NCBI GenBank assembly: GCA_964595665.1
Contig: CAZQQS010000002.1
Coordinates: 21,075-53,074, forward strand
Source: an uncultured archaeon
GTDB taxonomy: Archaea; Iainarchaeota; Iainarchaeia; Iainarchaeales; 0-14-0-20-30-16
Length of the DNA stretch: 32,000 bases
Reading direction: 5' to 3'
The notes beneath the pieces were generated by a model, which saw only the letters and a list, made by a program, of their open reading frames with translations, did not search any database and had not been told where the DNA came from. Below are positions 7,804-15,809 of this stretch, one piece after another (the stretch's first letter is position 1; every line of letters begins with the position of its first letter). The position numbers and the translations under genes were made by a program.

Positions 7804-9696
7804 CTATCGAATTCTTAAACATTCTAAATTTTTAGGTGCATAACAAGATATTCCAAATTTAGATGAAATATACTTTGCAAAGCCAACACTTTTTTCTTCT
7901 TCACCATGATCTAAATAAATTCTTTTAGGCATTGGATTTAAATTCTTAATATATGCCATTAATTGATTTCTATCACTATGTCCAGAAAATCCTTCAATAG
8001 TTACTACTTCCATATTTACTGGAATTCTTTTTAATTTGCCATTGCTATCTGTGATAGTTATTTCTTCGATTCCTTCTTGCAATCTTCTTCCTATTGAACC
8101 TTGAGATTGATAACCTACAAAAATTAAAGTGTTATTTTTATTTTCTGCAAATTTATGCAATAATTCTACTGATGCACCACCAACTAACATACCAGATGTT
8201 GCTAAGAAAACATTTCCAGTTGTTTTAGAGACTTCTTCCAATTCATTTTTAGATGCAATATCCTTAAATATTGGACAACTAAATGGAGAATTATTTTGTA
8301 ATACTCTACGCTTTAAATTATCTTTAAAGTAATCTGGATATACAGTATGTATTGCACAAACTTCTTTAATAATTCCTGCCAAATAAACATTGTTAGCCAA
8401 CAATTTTTTTCTTCTATAATATTCTTCTAAAACTAACATTACTTCTTGACTTCTTCCAACACCAAAAACTGGAATTAAAACATTTCCACCTTTTTTTATT
8501 GTGTTATTAATTACATCTATTAACCTATCTTCAGAAATATTTCTTTGTGGCATAATATCATTATTTCCACCATAAGTACTTTCTAAAATTAATGTTTCTA
8601 ATCTAGGATATTTTTGTTCCAAATTATTAAACAATCTTGTAAAACCAAATTTTAAATCTCCAGAATACATTAAATTATGCGCACCATCACCAATGTGTAA
8701 ATGTACACTTGCTGAACCTAAAATATGTGCTGCATTATGAAAAGTTAATCTTATATCTGGAGTAATATCAGTTACTTCTTCATATTCTCTTGTTATTACA
8801 TGTTTTAACATTTCATTAACATCGCCTTCAGCATAAGGTGCATTACTACCTTCTTTTACAGCAACATTCAAATAATCGAACATTAAAATGTACATCAAAT
8901 CTCTTGTTGGAGGCGTACAATAAACTGGCCCTTTGTAACCCATTCTATACAAATAAGGAACAAATGCAGCATGATCTGTGTGCGCATGTGAAATTACAAC
9001 TGCATCAATATCATTTAAAGTATAACCCATACTTTGTAATTCTGGATAAGAATCACCATTATTATTTCCAGGATTAACTCCACAATCTAAAATAATTCTT
9101 GAATTTGCAGTTTCCACTAAAATACAACTTCTACCAACTTCTCTAAACGCACCTAATGCACAAAATCTAACCCAATCTTTTTTAGATTTCTTTTCCGCAA
9201 ATATTTTTTCTGCTGCAAAAGACATATTCTTTTTTCTTTCAGAACTATATTTGTAAATTAATCCTCTAATCTTTTTTAAATATTGACTTTCAGTAACTGA
9301 TTTTCTTAATATTACAGGAGTCCATTTTGTATCGTGAATTATTTTCTTACTTGTTAATCCACCTTTGCCAATTACTAATCCTGGTTTATTTGCTTCAATT
9401 ACAACTTCAGCAAAAGCAGTATCAAAATATACTGCTGATACTCCTGCATCTTCAGGAATACTTTTCATAATAATATCTTTTGCTTCTTCTATACCCATTA
9501 ATTCAGAAACATCGCTTCTAATGTTTACTTTCTTTTTTAATGCAAAAGCTAAACTAGATATATATTTATCATCTTCATAAAATTTAGATAAATTTTTTGT
9601 ATATATATAAATTTCTGGTCCTAAAAATTCGATTTTACTTGTACTAACATCAATTAAAACTTCTTTAATTTGTTTAATAATATCTTCTTTGATCAA
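7804..9696 (-). CDS. aCPSF1: archaeal beta-CASP / metallo-beta-lactamase ribonuclease with N-terminal KH domains (CPSF73 homolog).
   Basis: At 630 aa it has the characteristic length. It has an N-terminal KH-type region (VIGKGGLTSKKI), the MBL motif VISHAHTDHAAFVPYL, and C-terminal beta-CASP motifs (GFSGHSD, YLDHGE). The TTG start is preceded by AGGTGAT at 3 nt (plus-strand 9700-9706). Confidence 0.9.
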   Translation of the reverse strand: MIKEDIIKQIKEVLIDVSTSKIEFLGPEIYIYTKNLSKFYEDDKYISSLAFALKKKVNIRSDVSELMGIEEAKDIIMKSIPEDAGVSAVYFDTAFAEVVIEANKPGLVIGKGGLTSKKIIHDTKWTPVILRKSVTESQYLKKIRGLIYKYSSERKKNMSFAAEKIFAEKKSKKDWVRFCALGAFREVGRSCILVETANSRIILDCGVNPGNNNGDSYPELQSMGYTLNDIDAVVISHAHTDHAAFVPYLYRMGYKGPVYCTPPTRDLMYILMFDYLNVAVKEGSNAPYAEGDVNEMLKHVITREYEEVTDITPDIRLTFHNAAHILGSASVHLHIGDGAHNLMYSGDLKFGFTRLFNNLEQKYPRLETLILESTYGGNNDIMPQRNISEDRLIDVINNTIKKGGNVLIPVFGVGRSQEVMLVLEEYYRRKKLLANNVYLAGIIKEVCAIHTVYPDYFKDNLKRRVLQNNSPFSCPIFKDIASKNELEEVSKTTGNVFLATSGMLVGGASVELLHKFAENKNNTLIFVGYQSQGSIGRRLQEGIEEITITDSNGKLKRIPVNMEVVTIEGFSGHSDRNQLMAYIKNLNPMPKRIYLDHGEEEKSVGFAKYISSKFGISCYAPKNLECLRIR

Positions 9697-9819
9697 TAAA
9701 TCACCTATTAATTTGTTTTTTGTTTTTAATTCTTAATTCTTATTTTGTTAATTATAATTTGAATGGTCTAGATTTAATTTCATTTTTTTATTTAACTCGA
9801 GAAAAAATATAAAAGAAGA

Positions 9820-10434
9820 TTATTTTCTAATAAACTCCATTCCGTGTTTATTAATAAAATATATATCAATATTTTCTCCACCAGTAAATATATCTCTTTT
9901 CTTACTTGCATTTATAGCATCACAAACTAAAGCTATTGCTTCTTCTTTAGTCATTTTTTCTTTATATCCTTTATCTAATATACTTGTTGCAAAACTACTT
10001 CCCGAACCTATAGACACTAATTTCAAATTATTTTGCATACCACCATAAGCATCAGTTTCTAATAATTCAGGTTTATCTACAAAACCACAAACAATAAAAC
10101 CAACCATATAAGGATAATATCTATTTGAATTTAACACATTAGAGGTCAAAGTCATTAAAGCATTTGCATTCATTCTTTTATTCCTTTCATTTTCATAAAT
10201 AGAGGCTTGCATTTTTAAAACTCTTATTACTTGTTGAGCATCTCCTACAGACCCAGCAATGGCTAAAACTAAATTATTAGTTATAGGAAATAATTTTTGT
10301 ACTTCTAAATTGCTTTTTGTATACCCCATAGTACTTTGTTTATCTGAAGCTAATATTACAAAGTCGTTTGTTTTTATTCCTACTATTGTAGTTCCAGATT
10401 TCAAAGCCTCTGGCTTATTCTCATCATGAGTCAA
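9820..10434 (-). CDS. psmB: Proteasome beta subunit.
   Basis: A propeptide is followed by the catalytic Thr context G/TTIVGIKTNDFVILASDKQ, within an Ntn-hydrolase beta-subunit pattern. A TTG start is required because there is no in-frame ATG before the catalytic Thr. GAGGTG lies 5 nt upstream. Confidence 0.9.
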   Translation of the reverse strand: MTHDENKPEALKSGTTIVGIKTNDFVILASDKQSTMGYTKSNLEVQKLFPITNNLVLAIAGSVGDAQQVIRVLKMQASIYENERNKRMNANALMTLTSNVLNSNRYYPYMVGFIVCGFVDKPELLETDAYGGMQNNLKLVSIGSGSSFATSILDKGYKEKMTKEEAIALVCDAINASKKRDIFTGGENIDIYFINKHGMEFIRK

Positions 10435-10506
10435 AAGAACACCTCTAAATAAAAATCAAAATTAGATAAATAATACAGAACCAAAAAGTATATAAAGGTT
10501 TTTTAC

Positions 10507-12228
10507 TTATCCGGCGCCTCCGCCTCCACCACCGCCCCCTCCAGATGAACCTCCAGAAAATCCAGAAGCCCCAGAATTTGCCATTGCAGAAGAAAAGGCA
10601 TTACTAAAATCACTATTTATACTTGCCAAATCCGAAACACTTATTGAACCAACAACAAATATAGTTGAATTTGTTTTTCCAGTATAATTCTCAAAAACTA
10701 ATTTCATATTTTTTTGTACTTTTTTAGCTACTCCTAAAGGAATAGCATAAACCAAATATCTTTCCCATAATTTTATATCCATAATTTCTTTGTTATTAAA
10801 ATCTGAAAAGTGATTTAAATATTTTTTTAATGCATTCCATTTAGAATATTGTAAATCTGTTTCCAAATCGAATTTTATAAAAAATTTCTTTACGAAAAAC
10901 AAAGGTATTAAAAATACAAAATAAATTAAAAATAAATTATTCTTTAATAACAACATCCCAATTATAATTAATAACATCAATGATGCAATTACAATAACTA
11001 TACCATAATGCTTAAAATTTATTTTATTTTCTATTGCTTCCACTTTAACCAAATCTTGCCACTTTTTAACAAATGCAGAATTTTCTAATTTTCGTTTTTG
11101 CATAAAAATTTTAAATTCTGAAAGTAATAATTCATTATGTGTTGCATCTACTTTTTCTTTCTTAAAAACTACGTAATTATCATAACCACATTTTGCAGCT
11201 TCTTTTAACTTATCAAAAATAAATTCTTCACTTTTAGATAATCCTTTATTTGTAGAATCTATAATAATAAATTTATAATCATCTTTTCCTAAAAAACTAG
11301 TCTTTGAAATTTTTTCAATTTGCATTTTCTTTTTCAAACATAAATTCAAAACCTCTGCAGAAATATTTGCACCAGGTGTTCCAAAACTCAACAAATAACT
11401 TACAATAGCGGGGCTATAACTATAAGGAATATCTCTAAAATAAACATCTTTGAAATCAGATTTTTCTGATTTAGAAATCTTTATTGCTATAAATATCAAA
11501 ATAAAGAAAAGTATTAAACTTAAAATAAATGGCATCCAATCCAATTTACCATAATTTGCTTCTTCCTCAATTATTTTTTGTAAACCATTGCCAGAAATTA
11601 CTTGAGAAAATTCTTTTGATAATAATAATTCACTTGGAAATGCCAATCTTAATTCTACAAATTGATTACTATTAATATTAAATGCTTGTAATATAATTTT
11701 ATCATTATCTAACATTCCAATTTTACCATCTAATTTAGGGTGTCCATAAGTATAAACTTTTTCTGGGGTTGTTTCACCAGGCAAATAAATTGTTGCAAAA
11801 ATTTCTTTTAGAGGCAATTCCCAACCATCGCCCCAAAGCTTCCAATTTAATTCAGAAACATCATCATAACTTTTAATTGCATTTTTTAAAGTATATTTTA
11901 TTACATAAGTTTTGGTTTCATTTGATGCATTATAAAACCATTTTACTTGAGTATAATCAGAATAAGTTATAATTTCAGAATTTAATTTTAGATCTCCGTC
12001 AAAAACTGAAATATTTTCTAAATCCCAATTACCTTTTGGGAAATCTCTGTATGCGTAAGTATAATTTCCATAAAAAGTATATGTAATTGCTTCAGAAACA
12101 CTAATACTGGAATCAGAATTAATTACCATATCAATATTGGCTTTATCTAAAGTATATGATTTTGCAGAAACAAACGAAAATAAAAACAATAAAGAAAATA
12201 TAAATAAGAAATAATAAATTTTATTCAT
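10507..12228 (-). CDS. DUF2207-like membrane protein: signal peptide, extracytoplasmic domain, TM helices and a Gly-rich C-terminal tail.
   Basis: The N-terminal signal is MNKIYYFLFIFSLLFLFSFVSA. Several TM segments lie mid-protein and toward the C-terminus. The C-terminus GASGFSGGSSGGGGGGGGGAG is characteristic of DUF2207-family architecture. Confidence 0.65.
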   Translation of the reverse strand: MNKIYYFLFIFSLLFLFSFVSAKSYTLDKANIDMVINSDSSISVSEAITYTFYGNYTYAYRDFPKGNWDLENISVFDGDLKLNSEIITYSDYTQVKWFYNASNETKTYVIKYTLKNAIKSYDDVSELNWKLWGDGWELPLKEIFATIYLPGETTPEKVYTYGHPKLDGKIGMLDNDKIILQAFNINSNQFVELRLAFPSELLLSKEFSQVISGNGLQKIIEEEANYGKLDWMPFILSLILFFILIFIAIKISKSEKSDFKDVYFRDIPYSYSPAIVSYLLSFGTPGANISAEVLNLCLKKKMQIEKISKTSFLGKDDYKFIIIDSTNKGLSKSEEFIFDKLKEAAKCGYDNYVVFKKEKVDATHNELLLSEFKIFMQKRKLENSAFVKKWQDLVKVEAIENKINFKHYGIVIVIASLMLLIIIGMLLLKNNLFLIYFVFLIPLFFVKKFFIKFDLETDLQYSKWNALKKYLNHFSDFNNKEIMDIKLWERYLVYAIPLGVAKKVQKNMKLVFENYTGKTNSTIFVVGSISVSDLASINSDFSNAFSSAMANSGASGFSGGSSGGGGGGGGGAG

Positions 12229-12267
12229 ATTAGATATACTAAATTAGATTTATATATTTATCCCAAA

Positions 12268-12873
12268 TTACAAGTATTTCTTTCGTTTTAGGATTTTTTG
12301 CAATTGTTTTAAAATTTCTTTATTTTCATAAGCATCAATAAATTCTTTCCAATAATCTTCTGGAAAATCAGCAATTAATATTTCTCTAAATACTTCTAAA
12401 TCCATTGCTTTATCTTCTATCTTTTTTGAATTATATGCCAATCCAAAATCTATAAAATATGGAACTTTATGTTTCTCATCATATAACATATTACATAATG
12501 TTAAGTCTCCATGGACTATATTTTGAGCATGCATTTTAGAAACTTCTTTGGCAATTAATTTTAAAATAGATTTGTCTTTTTTTAGTTTTGATTTTAATTC
12601 TGGAAAATCTAAATATTCCATAACTATTTTTAATCCATCTAAAGAATAAACTTCTGGCACTTTAATAATTTTATTTACTTTTTTTAGAATATTAAATTCG
12701 CTTTTAACTCGTTTTTTTAAAATTTCATCATCCAATTCTTTTGCCCTATATTCTTTGGGAATTCGTTCTTTTAAAACAAATATTTTAGAATTTTCTTCTA
12801 CTAAATAGATTTTAGCTTCGGCACCCTCAGCCAAATTAGATTTTATTTTATACATTTTATCTACTCTGGACAA
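12268..12873 (-). CDS. bud32: Bud32/PRPK atypical protein kinase (KEOPS complex subunit).
   Basis: GAEAKIY is followed by VLKERIPKEYRAKELDDEILKKRVKSEFNIL, then the catalytic HGDLTLCNML and IDFGLA. The size of about 200 aa is typical of a stand-alone Bud32. Confidence 0.8.
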   Translation of the reverse strand: MSRVDKMYKIKSNLAEGAEAKIYLVEENSKIFVLKERIPKEYRAKELDDEILKKRVKSEFNILKKVNKIIKVPEVYSLDGLKIVMEYLDFPELKSKLKKDKSILKLIAKEVSKMHAQNIVHGDLTLCNMLYDEKHKVPYFIDFGLAYNSKKIEDKAMDLEVFREILIADFPEDYWKEFIDAYENKEILKQLQKILKRKKYL

Positions 12874-13361
12874 TAAATATATAATAAATCTTCATTAACT
12901 TGTAAATTATATCCTATATTATCAAATTTTAACTCAAAATCTTGTTTTTGCAAATTATCATATACGCTAGAAATAGCTGCAAAATTTTCTTTTGCTATAA
13001 CCAAATTTGATTTAGAAACTAATGCTAATTTTTTTAAATCTTTTACTTCTGAATCACAATATGCTTCTAAACTTTTATAAGAATTTATTTTCCAAGTCAA
13101 ATCTTTTACATTAGACAAAACTAACCAAAAACTCGCTTCAAACTCTAATCTTTGCTTATCCAAGTCTTGTTCTTTATTTGATAAACTAGACAATTCTTGA
13201 GAAAACAATAAAATTGATTCGGGTGATGCATTATTTTCAATAGTATACTTTACTTTCAATTTATCTATTTTCATACCTACATTATTGGTATTTGCATCGT
13301 AAATATAATAAACCGCTCCTAAAAGCAATAAAATTATTAAAACTGTAAAGAACTTTGACAT
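12861..13361 (-). CDS. Hypothetical membrane-anchored protein.
   Basis: The 166-aa protein has an N-terminal TM (FFTVLIILLLLGAVYYIY). An SD-like atgtgat lies upstream. It overlaps the bud32 start by 13 nt, which suggests co-transcription. I recognise no family. Confidence 0.5.
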   Translation of the reverse strand: MSKFFTVLIILLLLGAVYYIYDANTNNVGMKIDKLKVKYTIENNASPESILLFSQELSSLSNKEQDLDKQRLEFEASFWLVLSNVKDLTWKINSYKSLEAYCDSEVKDLKKLALVSKSNLVIAKENFAAISSVYDNLQKQDFELKFDNIGYNLQVNEDLLYIYCPE

Positions 13362-13418
13362 AATATCACATTAAAATAAACACCTATAAATATATAAAGG
13401 TTTTCTCAATATTTAGAT

Positions 13419-14000
13419 ATGATTAATTCCTTAATAGAACTTACTTTGTTATTTTTTGTATTAGTTGACCCTTTTATGAGTATGGGCCTATTTTTTTCAG
13501 CAACTAAAAACTTAAGCCCAAAAGAACGAACAAAAATAGCTATAATAGCAGTAAGTGTAGCTATTGGGTTATCTGGGTTATTCTTATTTTTTGGATCAAA
13601 TGTGTTATCTATAATGCACATAGAATTAAAAGACTTTCAAGTAGCAGGTGGTATAATCCTAATAATCTTGGGAATACAAATGGCTATTGGAAGAGCAGTT
13701 AAGGAAAGTGAGAAGTTTTCTCATCAAAACGCAAAAGCAATTGCCGCGATTATAGGTACACCATTATTAACTGGTCCAGCAACAATTACTGCAATAATAG
13801 TATCCAAAACAAATGAAGGTGTTTTAATTACTGGATTAGCTTTGGTAATAGTTTTTGCATTTACTTTTTTATTATTATATTTTTCTCCAAAAATAACAAA
13901 ATATTTGGGCCCAAACATTACTCAAGTTATAACTACTTTGTTAGGTATGGTAACTATTTCTTATGGGGTAATTTTCATTAGAGCTGGATTAGGTTTTTAG
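13419..14000 (+). CDS. MarC-family (UPF0056) integral membrane protein.
   Basis: The 193-aa protein has about 6 TM helices. The N-terminal FFVLVDPFMSMGLFFS and the mid-protein FQVAGGIILIILGIQM match the MarC-family pattern (NP.G..P.F ... aGGiiL). Confidence 0.65.
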   Translation: MINSLIELTLLFFVLVDPFMSMGLFFSATKNLSPKERTKIAIIAVSVAIGLSGLFLFFGSNVLSIMHIELKDFQVAGGIILIILGIQMAIGRAVKESEKFSHQNAKAIAAIIGTPLLTGPATITAIIVSKTNEGVLITGLALVIVFAFTFLLLYFSPKITKYLGPNITQVITTLLGMVTISYGVIFIRAGLGF

Positions 14001-14008
14001 GGATCCGT

Positions 14009-14653
14009 ATGCTAATTGCTGGAATCGATGAAGCTGGTAGAGGCCCAGTTATTGGCCCTATGGTAATGAGCATTGTTTTAATAGATTCCAAATATTCTGA
14101 CAAATTAAAAAAAAATGGTGTAAAGGATTCTAAACTTTTAAATAGAGAAGAAAGAGATGAATTATATTTAGAAATAAAAAAACTTGCAAAAGAAATACAT
14201 TCAATAAAAATTAATGCAAATGATATCGATAAAAAAAGATTAAAAATGTCATTAAATGAAATAGAGTCAAAAATAAGTATTGAATTAATTAACAAATTAA
14301 AAAATATTCCTGCAAAAATATTCATTGATTGCCCACAAACATCAACTGAAAAATATAAAGATAAAATTTACGCATATTTAGAAAATCATTCTGAACTAAT
14401 TGTAGAAAATAAAGCTGATTTTAATTATCCTGTTGTAAGTGCTGCGAGTATAATTGCAAAAGTTGAAAGAGATAATGAATTAACAAAAGTTGAGAAAAAA
14501 TATAATTTGAAATTGGGTTGTGGATACCCTCATGATAAAGATACTTTAAAAGCAATAAATGAATTAGAAAAAGTCAATCCAAATTTTATAAGAAAAAGTT
14601 GGCAGACTTATATTGACTTAAAAAATAAAGACAAACAAAAAACTTTGTTTTAA
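14009..14653 (+). CDS. rnhB: Ribonuclease HII.
   Basis: The N-terminal IAGIDEAGRGPVIGPMV holds the catalytic DEAGRG motif. SAASIIAKVERD lies further downstream. An SD-like agggat is 4 nt upstream. Confidence 0.9.
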   Translation: MLIAGIDEAGRGPVIGPMVMSIVLIDSKYSDKLKKNGVKDSKLLNREERDELYLEIKKLAKEIHSIKINANDIDKKRLKMSLNEIESKISIELINKLKNIPAKIFIDCPQTSTEKYKDKIYAYLENHSELIVENKADFNYPVVSAASIIAKVERDNELTKVEKKYNLKLGCGYPHDKDTLKAINELEKVNPNFIRKSWQTYIDLKNKDKQKTLF

Positions 14654-14910
14654 ATATGTCTTTCTGGAATTATTAGCCAAGCTAAAAGATATATTAAAAT
14701 TCCAAAACCAAATGAAACTATAGTTCCAATAACCCAAATTAATCTAATAATTACAGGATCTATATTCAAATATTCTCCTAACCCCCCACAAACTCCGGCA
14801 ATCATTTTATCTTTTTTAGATAAATATATTCGTTTAAAGGTTTTAGGTTTTTTAGAATTTGTTTTTATATTTGAATTAATTTTTACATTTATTTTTTTCT
14901 TTACAACCAT
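14650..14910 (-). CDS. PspC-domain membrane protein.
   Basis: LYLSKKDKMIAGVCGGLGEYLNIDPVIIRLIWVIGTIVSFGFGILIYLLAWLIIP is a canonical PspC domain (R....G.. GVCGGLA.Y...DP...R) with its TM helix. Confidence 0.8.
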   Translation of the reverse strand: MVVKKKINVKINSNIKTNSKKPKTFKRIYLSKKDKMIAGVCGGLGEYLNIDPVIIRLIWVIGTIVSFGFGILIYLLAWLIIPERHI

Positions 14911-14937
14911 AAATATCCCTCATTAATAATTTAAAAC

Positions 14938-15351
14938 TTATTTCTTAAATGTTTGTGAACCTAACATTAATAATCTAAAATAGTTTGTTAAAACTATTCC
15001 ATGATCATATGCGAATTTTTCTTTAGTAATTTCTGTAATTGAAAGAAAAACAATTTTGTCTGAAAACTCTTTTGCTTTTTTTTCTGCTTCTTCATTAGAC
15101 ATCTCTAAATGTGTAATATAAAAAACACCTAATGTTCGCTCTGCATATCCTCGATTAATTGAATCATAAACCCCAAACATCGCATTGGGTAAAACATCAA
15201 AACTTGTTAATTCTTTTACTGCGCTAATTGCACATTCTTTTAATAAATTATTTTCTCCTAAAATCATACTTGGGATTTCCAATCCTTTTTCAGTTTTTAA
15301 TAATAAAATATTATTATTTACATTTACTATACACGAAACCATTATATTCAT
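14938..15351 (-). CDS. Nudix-fold-like protein with a degenerate Nudix box, probably non-catalytic.
   Basis: The layout resembles Nudix proteins: ILLLKTEKGLEIPSMILGENNLLKECAISAVKELTSFDV aligns with ..W.lPGG..e.GE....A..REl.EEtG. The RE..EE glutamates are replaced (KELTSF). AGGTGAT lies 3 nt upstream of the ATG. Confidence 0.4.
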   Translation of the reverse strand: MNIMVSCIVNVNNNILLLKTEKGLEIPSMILGENNLLKECAISAVKELTSFDVLPNAMFGVYDSINRGYAERTLGVFYITHLEMSNEEAEKKAKEFSDKIVFLSITEITKEKFAYDHGIVLTNYFRLLMLGSQTFKK

Positions 15352-15365
15352 TTAATCACCTAAAA

Positions 15366-15809
15366 TTAATTACGAGCTCTATCATAAATTGTTAATGTGC
15401 AAGAAATATCGCACATATTATCCTCTGGAGCAATACATTTTACGCCTACATCTGCTATAAAATCATTGTTAAAAGAAAATAAATTATTTGTTGCTAAAAC
15501 ACTTTCAGAAACTTTTGAATCTTTTTCAAATTTAATACACTCCAAACCCAAACCAGATTTTTCAGATAAAGCTTTTCTAGATAAAGATTTATCTTTTTCA
15601 AATAAAAAATCATTAATAAAATATTCATTACCAGTAGGAGTTTTCATAGCCATTAAGATTTTATTTGAAAAAACTTCTTCTGACAAATATGCTTTTTGAT
15701 TTCCCATAATTGCTAATATAGAATAAATAATTGCAATAATTGCCAAACCAATAACGGCACCAATTAAGAGTTTAAATACGTCTCCAGATTGTCCTTTAGA
15801 ATTAAACAT
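15366..15809 (-). CDS. Candidate archaeal type IV pilin-like protein with a class III signal peptide.
   Basis: The N-terminus MFNSKG/QSGDVFKLLIGAVIGLAIIAIIYSILAIMG has a basic residue-Gly-Gln putative prepilin-peptidase site followed by a hydrophobic helix. The ATG overlaps the stop of the upstream platform gene by 1 nt. There are four Cys in the C-terminal domain. Charged residues at +4 and +7 are atypical. Confidence 0.5.
   Translation of the reverse strand: MFNSKGQSGDVFKLLIGAVIGLAIIAIIYSILAIMGNQKAYLSEEVFSNKILMAMKTPTGNEYFINDFLFEKDKSLSRKALSEKSGLGLECIKFEKDSKVSESVLATNNLFSFNNDFIADVGVKCIAPEDNMCDISCTLTIYDRARN

Noticed and set aside
10507-10580. I considered whether this GC-rich island is a foreign insertion or a structured RNA.
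   Set aside because: It is in frame with the DUF2207-like gene and simply encodes the Gly/Ser/Ala tail using GGN/GCN codons.
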